Shown here: in pieces, positions 1 to 9,239 of the stretch | Layout of the letters: every line of letters begins with the position of its first letter | Numbering within the stretch: the first letter of the stretch is position 1 | Source: Galbitalea sp. | GTDB taxonomy: Bacteria; Actinomycetota; Actinomycetes; Actinomycetales; Microbacteriaceae | Assembly (NCBI GenBank): GCA_036499165.1 | Contig: DASYEE010000143.1 | Location: 16,450 to 80,449, forward strand | Reading direction: 5' to 3' | Length of the DNA stretch: 64,000 nucleotides | The notes under the pieces: generated by a model | The model's database searches: none | Told to the model about the DNA's origin: nothing | The model's input: only the letters and a program-made list of their open reading frames with translations | Position numbers and translations under genes: made by a program

Positions 1-7
1 CCCCGCA

Positions 8-1741
8 GTGGATGGCCACGTTCCCGTCGTCCTGCTCGAGTTCGGCCTGGTCGAAGAGGTCGTCCACAAAGACGAGCGCTGGCTGGCCGCGATGGCCAAG
101 CGCGGCCTGACCGACCTCAGCACCCTGCGGGTCAACCCGCTGTCTGCGCAGGTACCGCAGAACGACAATGAGCGCGGCCGCCGAATCCAGCGCTGCTTCA
201 CCTTTGTGCAGAAGACCCCGGATGACCTGGGCTGGGCGCATCCGGTCGACGGTGTCACGGCGATCGTCGACGTCGTCACCGGCGAGGTGCTCGACGTCAT
301 CGACTACATCGACCTCCCCGTCCCCCAGGAGGACGGCAACTATCACGACCCGGCCTGGGTCGCGCAGCCGCCGCGTGCAGGACTGAAGCCCATCGAGATC
401 ACGCAGCCGGAGGGCCCGAGCTTCACCATCGACGACGACGGAGTGCTCTCGTGGGCCGGCTGGAAGTTGCAGGTCAGCTTCGACCAGCGTGAGGGACTTG
501 TCATCCACAACGTGTCGATCAACGACGCGGGCACCCAGCGTGACGTGCTCGCCCGCGCCTCCATCGCGGAGATGGTCGTGCCGTACGGCGACCCGAGCGA
601 GCAGCGCTGGTTCCAGAACTTCTTCGACTGCGGCGAGTACCTGCTCGGCGGCTTCGCCAACTCGCTCGAGCTCGGTTGCGATTGCGTCGGTGACATCACC
701 TACCTCGACGCGATCCTGGCCGACAACGCTGGGAACCCGCGCCGGATCTCGCAGGCCATCTGCATCCATGAGGAAGACAGCGGGATCCTCTGGAAGCACT
801 TCGACAACTGGAACGGTTCGAACCAGTCGCGCCGGAACCGCCGACTCGTCGTCTCGTTCTTCGTCACCGTTGGCAACTACGACTACGGCTTTTACTGGTA
901 TTTCTCGCTCGACGGATCCATCGAGCTCGAGGTCAAGGCCACCGGGGTCGTCTTCACCTCGTCGTACCCGGGGCCCGGCTACGAGTTCGCGTCCGAGCTT
1001 GCGCCCGGGCTCGGCGCGCCGTACCACCAGCACCTCTTCAGCGCGCGCCTCGACACCGCGATCGACGGCATCGTGAACGCGGTCGATGAGCTCGAGGCAG
1101 TGCTGGTGCCGCGAGGCCCGAAGAACCCGAGCGGAACCGGCATCACACAGACGGTCACCCGTCTGACGACCGAGAAGGATGCGCAGCGTCTCGCCGACAA
1201 CGCCAGGAACCGCTCCTGGCTGATCAGCAACCCCGAGGTCAAGAATCGCCTCGGCGGCAGCGTCGGCTACGTGCTCTTCCCGGAGGGTAAGCCGGTATTG
1301 CTGGCCGACAGCGAGTCGGACATCTACCACCGCGCCACGTACACGACCAAGCACCTCTGGGTCACCCCCTACGCACCGGACGAACGTTATCCGGCAGGCG
1401 ACTTCGTGAACATGCACCCGGGCGACGCGGGCCTCCCGGCCTGGACGGCAGCCGATCGATCCGTCGACGCCACGGACATCGTGCTCTGGCACACCTTCGG
1501 CCTCACGCACTTTCCGCGCATCGAGGACTGGCCCATCATGCCGGTCGACACCGCCGGCTTCGTCCTGAAGCCTCACGGCTTCTTCGGCAGGAACCCCACG
1601 CTCGACATCCCGGAGACGACGAGTGACCACTGCGCACCGGGCCACGCCGGCCACGACCACGCTGGCCACGACCACACCGGCCACGACCACACCGGCCACG
1701 GCGAACACGCGGCCATGGACTACCCAACCGAAGGCGAATGA
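8..1741 (+). CDS. tynA: Copper-containing primary amine oxidase (5' part probably lies before the window)
   Basis: TPQ consensus TVGNYDY, Cu ligands HQH and THFPRIEDWPIMP; His-rich C-terminal tail. Confidence 0.93.
   Translation: MDGHVPVVLLEFGLVEEVVHKDERWLAAMAKRGLTDLSTLRVNPLSAQVPQNDNERGRRIQRCFTFVQKTPDDLGWAHPVDGVTAIVDVVTGEVLDVIDYIDLPVPQEDGNYHDPAWVAQPPRAGLKPIEITQPEGPSFTIDDDGVLSWAGWKLQVSFDQREGLVIHNVSINDAGTQRDVLARASIAEMVVPYGDPSEQRWFQNFFDCGEYLLGGFANSLELGCDCVGDITYLDAILADNAGNPRRISQAICIHEEDSGILWKHFDNWNGSNQSRRNRRLVVSFFVTVGNYDYGFYWYFSLDGSIELEVKATGVVFTSSYPGPGYEFASELAPGLGAPYHQHLFSARLDTAIDGIVNAVDELEAVLVPRGPKNPSGTGITQTVTRLTTEKDAQRLADNARNRSWLISNPEVKNRLGGSVGYVLFPEGKPVLLADSESDIYHRATYTTKHLWVTPYAPDERYPAGDFVNMHPGDAGLPAWTAADRSVDATDIVLWHTFGLTHFPRIEDWPIMPVDTAGFVLKPHGFFGRNPTLDIPETTSDHCAPGHAGHDHAGHDHTGHDHTGHGEHAAMDYPTEGE
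1640..1708 (+). repeat. 15-bp in-frame tandem repeat encoding GHDH(A/T) units
   Basis: GGCCACGACCAC(GCT/ACC) x3 with flanking GH units. Confidence 0.9.
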
Positions 1742-2493
1742 TGACGACGCATCCCCTGGGCGTACAGCTCTACAGCGTGCGGGACGACCTCGAACCTGGC
1801 GTGCTGCCAGCGACCGTCGCCCGCCTCGCTGCGATGGGCTACACCCACCTCGAGCCGTACAGGATCCTCGAGAACACCGAGCTGCTGAAGCGGTCCATGG
1901 ATGACGCCGGCGTCGTCGCGACGACCGCCCACGCAAATCTCGTCGCGCTCGATCGCGAGGCCCACCTCGCGGCTGCGCGGATCCTCGGCATCGACACCCT
2001 GATCATCCCGTGGGTCGAACCCGCGTCGATCTCGACCCGGGAGGGCGTCGAGGAGCTGGCCGCGAGCGTGAACGACGTCGCGGGCTGGGGCGCCGACAAC
2101 GGCATCCGCATCGGCTACCACAACCACGATTTCGAGTTCAGCCAGCACGTCGACGGCGTCTCGGCCTGGGAGCTCCTTGTCGATCTGTTCGACGAGCGCG
2201 TGATCCTCGAACTCGACACCTACTGGGCGAGCGTCGGGGGAGGGGACGTCATCGAGATCCTCGGGCGCCTCGGTTCCCGCATCCCTCTGCTGCACGTGAA
2301 GAACGAGCCCGCGAACCCCTCCGACCCGGTGCCGCTCGGACCGGACATCACCGGAAGGATGACCGAGGTACTCGCCGCCGCGGCGCCGCACCTGGAGTTC
2401 CCGGTCGTAGAACTCGTCGTCGACGACGTCTTCACCGCCCTCGAACGCAACGCAGCCTGGTTCGCCGCAGAGCTCGGCTCGGTGTCGGCATGA
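1738..2493 (+). CDS. Sugar phosphate isomerase/epimerase (xylose isomerase-like TIM barrel)
   Basis: GVQLYSVR, YHNHDFEF, ELDTYW, LLHVK motifs; ATGA overlap with upstream gene. Confidence 0.88.
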   Translation: MMTTHPLGVQLYSVRDDLEPGVLPATVARLAAMGYTHLEPYRILENTELLKRSMDDAGVVATTAHANLVALDREAHLAAARILGIDTLIIPWVEPASISTREGVEELAASVNDVAGWGADNGIRIGYHNHDFEFSQHVDGVSAWELLVDLFDERVILELDTYWASVGGGDVIEILGRLGSRIPLLHVKNEPANPSDPVPLGPDITGRMTEVLAAAAPHLEFPVVELVVDDVFTALERNAAWFAAELGSVSA

Positions 2494-3602
2494 GCGAGCC
2501 CATGGGCATCGGCCTGATCGGCGCTGGCAACATCTCGGACGAATACCTGCGCAGCCTCACGAGCTACCCCGACGTGAAGGTGGTCGCCATCGCCGACCTC
2601 GATCTCGATCGCGCGCGGAGCCAGGCGGAAAAGTACGGGGTCGGCTGGACGGGCACGACAGAAGAACTGCTCGAGCGCGACGACGTCGAACTGGTCGTCA
2701 ACCTCACCATCCCGGCCGTCCACGCCGAGGTCGGGCTCGCTGCAGTGCAGTCCGGCAAGCACGTGTGGGCGGAGAAGCCGCTTGCCCTCGACCTGGTGTC
2801 TGCGCACCGGCTCCTCGACGCTGCATCCGCGGCGGGCGTCGTGGTCGCGAACGCACCGGACACGATTCTCGGCCAGGCCATCCAGACCTCCCAGCGGCTG
2901 CTCGACGCCGACGAGATCGGCTCGCCGCAGACGGTGCTGACGCTGATGCAGGGCCCCGGCCCCGACGCGTGGCACCCTCGCCCGCAGTTCCTGTTCGCTC
3001 GCGGCGCCGGCCCGCTGTTCGACATCGGTCCCTACTACTTCACGACCCTGGTGCAGCTCTTCGGTGGCATCGAGTCGATCGAGGCACTCGGGTCGAGGCC
3101 CCGGGCCGTCCGGGTAGTCGGCTCGGGACCGGACGCCGGGCAGGAGTTCCCGGTCGAGGTGTTCACGCACGTGAGCGTCCTCACGCGGTTCCGCTCCGGA
3201 GTGGTCGGGACCTCCATCTACAGCTTCGATTCGCCGGTCAGGCGCCAGCTGTTCGAGGTGACGGGCTCCCGCGGCACCATGGAGGTGCCGGTCAGCGGCT
3301 TCGACGGGCCGACCAGGGTGCTCAACGCCGCAACGGATGAGTGGCTCGAGTTCCCGGCAGAGGGTGCCGCCCGCGAGCGTGGCGTCGGAGTGCTGGAAAT
3401 GGCCCGCGCGATTCGCGCGGGCGAACGGCCACGCGCAAGCGGAGAGCTGGCGTTTCACGTCCTTGAGGCGATGCTCGCGGTCGAGAAGTCGGCGGAGTCT
3501 GGTGAACCGGTGGCAATCGAGAGCGCGGCGCGGGCTGTGCCATCGCTGCCTGCGGACTGGGATCCGACTGCAGTGACAGAGGATGAGGGGGCTGGGCGAT
3601 GA
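2490..3602 (+). CDS. Gfo/Idh/MocA family oxidoreductase
   Basis: GLIGAGNIS Rossmann motif, HVWAEKP, GAGPLFDIGPYY; ATG 2490 overlaps upstream TGA. Confidence 0.9.
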   Translation: MSEPMGIGLIGAGNISDEYLRSLTSYPDVKVVAIADLDLDRARSQAEKYGVGWTGTTEELLERDDVELVVNLTIPAVHAEVGLAAVQSGKHVWAEKPLALDLVSAHRLLDAASAAGVVVANAPDTILGQAIQTSQRLLDADEIGSPQTVLTLMQGPGPDAWHPRPQFLFARGAGPLFDIGPYYFTTLVQLFGGIESIEALGSRPRAVRVVGSGPDAGQEFPVEVFTHVSVLTRFRSGVVGTSIYSFDSPVRRQLFEVTGSRGTMEVPVSGFDGPTRVLNAATDEWLEFPAEGAARERGVGVLEMARAIRAGERPRASGELAFHVLEAMLAVEKSAESGEPVAIESAARAVPSLPADWDPTAVTEDEGAGR

Positions 3603-4618
3603 AGGGATACATCCCGTTCGCGACGGCGCGCGCGACACAGGCCGACCAGCTCGGACTCGCGATCGGCCGGATCGCGGAGCAACTCGACGCGCTCGCGGGA
3701 GAGGGCGACCTGCGGGGACCCGGTCCGATCTTCGTCGGCATCGGTGCGAGCTTCGCGGCGGCCAACCCGGCCGTCTGGCGGCTGCGCAGCCGCGGCATCC
3801 ACTCGTGGCGCCTTGGTGCGGGCGACCTGCCCCTGCCATACCCCGAGAGCGTGCACCCCGTCATCGGAATCTCGCAGAGCGGGCGCAGCGCCGAGACGCT
3901 CGCGGTGCTGGAGTCGCTGCCAGAAGAGCTCCGCTACTGCGTCGTCAACACCTCCCCGTCGCCGCTGGCCAGCCTCACGCCCCGGGTGGTGGGGCTCGGC
4001 AACATCGCCGACTCGTACGCGTCGACCATCGGCTACACCGCGACCATCGCGGCGCTCGGCATGATCGCGGACATCTGGGATGGCGGCGAGATCGACCCAG
4101 GGTGGGCGACGCTGGCGCACGAGTTCCGGGCGACGGAGGAGCGACTGGCACCCCAGATCGCGGAGCTCGCCGCACTGTTCGCCAACTCGACATACGCAGA
4201 CTTCGTCGGCACAGGCCCCGCGGCTGGCTCGGCCGAGGCTGGCGCGCTGCTGTTCCGCGAGGTCGCGCGCATCCCCTCAACCGGTATGGGCACGAGACAG
4301 TACCTGCACGGGTCGATGGAGTCGGCAGGTAATGGCGTTCACGTGCTGTTCGGCGACGGTCGTGAGCTCGAAACCGCGGGTGCGCTCGCCGCGGCAGGGC
4401 ACTCGGTGATCCTCGTCTCGAGCGAAGACATCCAGGATTCGGGAACCAGGCACGGAGTGTGGCTGCCGGCGCGTCCTGCTGCCCAGCGGGCCATCCTCGA
4501 GGCGCTCGTCCTGCAGTCGCTCGTCGAGGCAGTCGCGGGGGTTCGTGGCGTCGACATCGAGGAATTCGTGTTCGAGAACACCGACACCAAGGTCGACCAG
4601 GCGGGCGCATCAGCCTGA
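3599..4618 (+). CDS. SIS-domain sugar isomerase (GlmS/AgaS/FrlB-like)
   Basis: FVGIGASF, GISQSGRSAET, YLHGSME (two SIS domains). Confidence 0.85.
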   Translation: MKGYIPFATARATQADQLGLAIGRIAEQLDALAGEGDLRGPGPIFVGIGASFAAANPAVWRLRSRGIHSWRLGAGDLPLPYPESVHPVIGISQSGRSAETLAVLESLPEELRYCVVNTSPSPLASLTPRVVGLGNIADSYASTIGYTATIAALGMIADIWDGGEIDPGWATLAHEFRATEERLAPQIAELAALFANSTYADFVGTGPAAGSAEAGALLFREVARIPSTGMGTRQYLHGSMESAGNGVHVLFGDGRELETAGALAAAGHSVILVSSEDIQDSGTRHGVWLPARPAAQRAILEALVLQSLVEAVAGVRGVDIEEFVFENTDTKVDQAGASA

Positions 4619-4664
4619 GGCACAGGCACAGTCACGACAATCGCAAACAACGAAGGAGTTAGAA

Positions 4665-6041
4665 ATGGCGATAGCAACCCTTAACCCGACGACGGGCAAG
4701 GTCGAGAAGGCCTTCGACGCCCATACACCAGCGCAGGTCGAAGAGATCCTGGCCCGCGCTCACGCGGCCAATGCCGCGATGCGCAAAACCACCTTCGCCG
4801 AGCGCTCAGCCTGGATGCACAAGGCAGCAGACCTGATGGATGCCGACCTCGAGTTGCTCGCGGGCCTCGCGGCAACCGAGATGGGCAAGACGATTCCCAC
4901 GGGCAAGTACGAGGTGACGAAGTCGGCCAATGGCATGCGCCACTACGCAGACCACGCGGAGGAATATCTCGCCACCGAGACGCCAGTCGACCCGAAGACC
5001 GTTGGGGCGTCTGCCGCCAGTGTTATCTTCCAGCCCATCGGCACCGTGCTCGCCGTCATGCCGTGGAACTATCCGTTCTGGCAGGTCATCCGTTTTGCGG
5101 CGCCCGCCCTGATGGCGGGCAACACCGGACTCCTGAAGCACGCGTCGAGTGTGCCGCAGGTCGCGATCTATCTCGGCGAGCTGTTCGAGCGCGCCGGGTT
5201 CCCGGCCGGCGCTTTCCAGACGCTGCTCATCGAGGGTGCCGCTGCATCCCGGCTGATCGATGACCCGCGCATTCGTGCGGTCACTCTCACGGGCTCGGTC
5301 GGCGCGGGTTCTTCCGTTGCCGAGGCGGCAGGGCGCAACATCAAGAAGAGCGTGTTGGAGCTCGGCGGAACCGATGTCTTCGTGGTGCTGCCATCCGCAG
5401 ACATCCAGAAGGCTGCCGAGATGGGAACGGCGTCGCGCACCCAGAACAGCGGGCAGAGCTGCATCTGCGCGAAGCGGTTTTACATTCACGAGGATGTCTA
5501 CGACGAGTGGCTCGCTGCCTTCGTCGACAAGATGAAGGCGACGAAGCCGGGCGACCCGTTCGCCGACGGCACGAGCTTCGGCCCGATGGCGACGGAGCAG
5601 GTTCGCGCTGAGGCACACGCCCTCGTCGCAGATGCGAAGGCGAAGGGGGTCACCGTGCTGAGCGGCGGCGAGTTGCCGGATGGCGACGGCTGGTTCTACC
5701 CGGCTACCGTCCTGACGGATGTCACCCCCGAGATGAGCATCTACCGCGAGGAGTGCTTCGGCCCGGTCGCCTGCGTCTACAAGGTGGCCAGTGTCGAGGA
5801 GGCGATCGAACTCTCCAACGATTCAGATTTCGGCTTGGCGGCGAGCGTCTGGACCACCGACCAGGGCGAGATCGACGCCCTGCATCACGGGCTCGAGTTC
5901 GGGGCGGTGTTTGCCAACGGCAACACGGCATCCTTCTTCGGCCTGCCTTTCGGCGGCGTGAAGAACTCCGGCTACGGTCGCGAGCTCGGATCGTTCGGCA
6001 TCCGCGAATTCGTCAACATCAAAACGGTGTGGCAGGCGTAG
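4665..6041 (+). CDS. NAD(P)-dependent aldehyde dehydrogenase (succinate-semialdehyde dehydrogenase-like)
   Basis: VMPWNYP, LTGS, LELGG, GQSC catalytic Cys, EECFGP, PFGGVKNSGYGRE; RBS AAGGAG before ATG 4665. Confidence 0.92.
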   Translation: MAIATLNPTTGKVEKAFDAHTPAQVEEILARAHAANAAMRKTTFAERSAWMHKAADLMDADLELLAGLAATEMGKTIPTGKYEVTKSANGMRHYADHAEEYLATETPVDPKTVGASAASVIFQPIGTVLAVMPWNYPFWQVIRFAAPALMAGNTGLLKHASSVPQVAIYLGELFERAGFPAGAFQTLLIEGAAASRLIDDPRIRAVTLTGSVGAGSSVAEAAGRNIKKSVLELGGTDVFVVLPSADIQKAAEMGTASRTQNSGQSCICAKRFYIHEDVYDEWLAAFVDKMKATKPGDPFADGTSFGPMATEQVRAEAHALVADAKAKGVTVLSGGELPDGDGWFYPATVLTDVTPEMSIYREECFGPVACVYKVASVEEAIELSNDSDFGLAASVWTTDQGEIDALHHGLEFGAVFANGNTASFFGLPFGGVKNSGYGRELGSFGIREFVNIKTVWQA

Positions 6042-6547
6042 CGAGCATTGCGGGCGCCCCGGCGCCCACCCGGGTCGCGCCACCGCTCCTTCGGTGGCGC
6101 GACTCACCCGCGCACGCGGTCATGCTGATCGCGATGCTCGGCACGATGATCGGCGGGCACTCCGCGCTCCGCGACCTGGCTGCGATCGGTGCGCTGGTTG
6201 CGACATCCGTCGCGTACGCGCCGAGAGCCAGAGTGGATGTCGTGTTCCGCGAGCACCTCGTCGACCTCTGGGTCATGGCGCTTGTTCTCGTCACCTGCCT
6301 TCCCAGCCAGCACGCCGCCGGCACCCTCGCGCCAGGCTCCCACGGCTTGCACGATCACTTCAGCCTCCCCGGCGGACCAGCCCTCGTCGTCATCGTGCTT
6401 GCCGCATGGGCCGCCGCGCGGCTGGCGCTCGCTCGCCGCGGTCAGGGGTGCATCCCCTCGCGCGGCTGGTCGCGGGCATCGCTGGTCTCGGGTGCGATCG
6501 TTGCCGCGTCCCTCGCACTCATGCTCGCCGTCTGCGCTGCGGCCTGA
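6029..6547 (+). CDS. Hypothetical membrane protein (start uncertain)
   Basis: Several hydrophobic segments; GTG 6029 overlaps the end of the dehydrogenase. Confidence 0.55.
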   Translation: MAGVASIAGAPAPTRVAPPLLRWRDSPAHAVMLIAMLGTMIGGHSALRDLAAIGALVATSVAYAPRARVDVVFREHLVDLWVMALVLVTCLPSQHAAGTLAPGSHGLHDHFSLPGGPALVVIVLAAWAAARLALARRGQGCIPSRGWSRASLVSGAIVAASLALMLAVCAAA

Positions 6548-6645
6548 CCGCCGCCTGCCTCGCCGCGGTTGGGCAAGTGCTGGAAGTCGATTCAGCCTGA
6601 GTTATGCACGCCGGGAGACGGGCCGGGAGACCAGGCCGGGAGGCG

Positions 6646-6717
6646 GGTTAGCGCTCACCAAGACCATTAGCTAGCCAATAGCAGACCAAAGCTGTACATT
6701 GTGGGAAAGCACTTTCC
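6646..6717 (+). promoter_or_regulatory. Permease promoter region with two LacI-type operators and 11-bp-phased direct repeats
   Basis: GGTTAGCGCTCACC 6646-6659; AGACCA/TAGCCA/AGACCA at 6661/6672/6683; -10 TACATT 6695-6700; GGAAAGCACTTTCC 6704-6717. Confidence 0.55.
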
Positions 6718-6788
6718 GGCGGCTGCTCGCGGGGATGTGCGAGCCCTCTTCTAGCAATGTCGCTACCAACTCGAGTGAGGAACCCCTC

Positions 6789-8162
6789 TTGTCTCAAACA
6801 CCCACCGCGCCCGCATCGGGCGTGCACCTGAAACGAACCCTCGGAACGCCTGCCCTCCTGATCTTTGGGCTCGCATATATGCTCCCGCTCGCCGTCTTCA
6901 CGAGCTACGGCTATGCGACCCAGGCCGCCGCTGGGCACCTCGCTGGCGCATACGTCATCACGACGGTCGCCATGCTTTTCACGGCTTACAGCTACGCAAA
7001 CATGGTGAAGGAGTACCCGGTCGCGGGCTCCGCATACACGTACACCCAGAAGGCGTTCGGCAGCCACGTCGGGTTCATGACCGGCTGGGCGCTGCTGCTC
7101 GACTACCTCCTGCTGCCCATCCTCAGCTACATCCTGATCGGCCAGTACATGAACGCCGTGCTGCCGGCCATCCCGTTCTGGGTGTGGGTGGTCGTTGCCG
7201 TCCTGCTCGTCACGTTCCTGAACTTCGTCGGCATCAACCTGGTGACCAACGTCAACCTGGCCCTCGTCGGGGCGCAGATCGTCTTCATCGTGATCTTCGT
7301 CATCTCGAGCATCGGCTACATCACCGGCAACCCGCACACCATCGGGCTGTTCGACCCCTTCTTCGGGCCCGGCGCCGACCTGCCTCACCTTGCAGCGGGT
7401 GGCGCAATCCTCGCTCTGGCGTTCCTCGGCTTCGACGCAGTGTCGACGCTCTCAGAGGAGGCACGTGAGCCGAAGAAGAGCATTCCGCGCGCGATCATCC
7501 TCACAACTCTTGCCGGCGGCGTGATCTTCACCGTCTGCGCATGGGTCGCCGGCCTCGTATTCCCTGACTTCGCACACCTGAGCGCAAGCGCACCGACCCT
7601 CGACCTCATGCACCGAGCGGGCGGAATCCTGCTTGGCGGCCTCTTTACGGCGGCGTTCGTCGCTGGCAGCTTCGCGGCCGCCATGACCTCGCAGGTGAGC
7701 GTCTCGCGCATCCTCTATTCGATGGGACGCGACGGGATGCTGCCCCGCCGAGTGTTCGGAATGCTGCACAAGCGGTTCAAGACCCCGTTCCTCGCGATCA
7801 TCATCGTGGGGATCCTGGGGCTCATCGCGCTGTTCATCGACATCAACTGGGTGTTCCAGATGATCAACTTCGGCGCCCTGATCGCGTTCTCGTTCGTCAA
7901 CCTCAGCGTGATCAAGACCTACATGTTCGACAAGAAGCAGCGCGGCGGTGCAGCGGTCGTGAAGTACATCGTCGCTCCGGCCATCGGCTTCGCCCTCACC
8001 ATCTGGTTGTGGACGAGCCTGCCCGCGCTGGCCTTCGAGATCGGCGGCGCGTGGGTCGTCGTCGGGTTCATCTACCTGCTGGCGCTGACCCGGGGCTTCC
8101 GCTCGAAGCCGCCGGTGATGGACTTCAGCGAAGAGGAGCCGATCCTGGAAGCCAGCGCCTAA
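6789..8162 (+). CDS. APC family amino acid/polyamine permease (PuuP/PlaP-like)
   Basis: FGLAYM, YPVAGSAYTY, FLGFDAVSTLSEEA, SRILYSMGRDG; ~12 TM; TTG 6789 preceded by GAGG. Confidence 0.9.
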   Translation: MSQTPTAPASGVHLKRTLGTPALLIFGLAYMLPLAVFTSYGYATQAAAGHLAGAYVITTVAMLFTAYSYANMVKEYPVAGSAYTYTQKAFGSHVGFMTGWALLLDYLLLPILSYILIGQYMNAVLPAIPFWVWVVVAVLLVTFLNFVGINLVTNVNLALVGAQIVFIVIFVISSIGYITGNPHTIGLFDPFFGPGADLPHLAAGGAILALAFLGFDAVSTLSEEAREPKKSIPRAIILTTLAGGVIFTVCAWVAGLVFPDFAHLSASAPTLDLMHRAGGILLGGLFTAAFVAGSFAAAMTSQVSVSRILYSMGRDGMLPRRVFGMLHKRFKTPFLAIIIVGILGLIALFIDINWVFQMINFGALIAFSFVNLSVIKTYMFDKKQRGGAAVVKYIVAPAIGFALTIWLWTSLPALAFEIGGAWVVVGFIYLLALTRGFRSKPPVMDFSEEEPILEASA

Positions 8163-8183
8163 GCTCGCTCGCTTAACGCATAA

Positions 8184-8219
8184 AGGAGCCCGTGTCGCCT
8201 GGGTGCGACACGGGCTCCT
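8184..8219. terminator. Bidirectional hairpin terminator
   Basis: AGGAGCCCGTGTCGC-6nt-GCGACACGGGCTCCT between convergent genes; a second hairpin CGTGACAC-AAG-GTGTCACG lies at 8224-8242. Confidence 0.75.
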
Positions 8220-8359
8220 CGTCGTGACACAAGGTGTCACGGGGCGAGGCTGACGTGTCAGCCTGCCCATGGATGGCGCGTAGTTCGATGACGTCCGGTC
8301 AACGCGCTATCCAGTGGTCCGGAGCCCCAAACGGATTGGTTTGGATGCCGAGCATATTC

Positions 8360-8962
8360 TTAGCGGTCGAGGCCGAGTCCGCCCAGCACGTTGTTGACGA
8401 TGTCAGATGCGTTCGTCGATGTCGACGACGTCGAGGATGACTTCGATGACGAGGTGCTCGACTTGGAGCTGTTACCCGATCCGCTCGTTGCACTCTTCAC
8501 GAGCTTCTGCACATCGGAGGTGATCGAGTTGCCGCTGGCGCTCGGATTGCCGTCGTTGTTTCCCGCGCTGGTCTTATTGCCGGAGAGCAGCGCCGAGTCA
8601 GACGAGTTGCCCGAGAGCAGCGCCCCGGAGTCGCCAGAACCGATGGCGCCGAACGAGTCGCCGGATCCGACTGCGTTGCCGGACGCGATGTCGCCAACGT
8701 TAAGCCCCGGCGAAACGACGACGGGCGACGTGTTCGACACGTCGCCGCCCGTGAGCCCGGCGCTCACGTTGCGCAGCGAATCCCACTGCGCCTGGGTGAG
8801 GGTTGTCTCTGAGCTCGACGAACTGCGGTTACCCGCGGCCTGCAGCGCGCTGTCATGACCGGTGGTTGCCATTGCCGGTCCCGCCATCCCGACTGCGAGT
8901 ACTGCTGCGGCGGCTGCTGCTGTTGTGATGCCGAAAACTGTCTTCTTGCTTGTGTTGTTCAT
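8360..8962 (-). CDS. Secreted Ser/Gly/Asn-rich protein with SGN repeats
   Basis: RBS GAGGAG, signal peptide ending AGPAMA, repeated (L)SGN/SGD motifs. Confidence 0.75.
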   Translation of the reverse strand: MNNTSKKTVFGITTAAAAAAVLAVGMAGPAMATTGHDSALQAAGNRSSSSSETTLTQAQWDSLRNVSAGLTGGDVSNTSPVVVSPGLNVGDIASGNAVGSGDSFGAIGSGDSGALLSGNSSDSALLSGNKTSAGNNDGNPSASGNSITSDVQKLVKSATSGSGNSSKSSTSSSKSSSTSSTSTNASDIVNNVLGGLGLDR

Positions 8963-9239
8963 GAAAACTGAACTCCTCATATCTGTTTGCTCCCCGGTTT
9001 GCGGGGCGCAATGGGGTGTCCGGACCGGGCGCGAAAGGAGATTGGTCCACTGGCCCGCAGACGGCATTCGCGTGCCGTTTCCTATGAATCCGGATGCCCG
9101 TCCCGCCCCGGTTTCGCGCGAGTTTCGTGCCATTAGCCGCCGAAGTCTGGCAAGTTCCCGGGTTCGGCCATCGCGCGCCTGTGATAGCGTCACGCTCGCT
9201 TTGGCCGCGCTGGCGGGCGCCCGGTAAGTTAGCAGCAGT

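Noticed and set aside
8963-9239. c-di-AMP or c-di-GMP riboswitch upstream of the secreted protein
   Set aside because: AAACCGGGG occurs twice and there is one hairpin, but I could not assemble the consensus of either riboswitch
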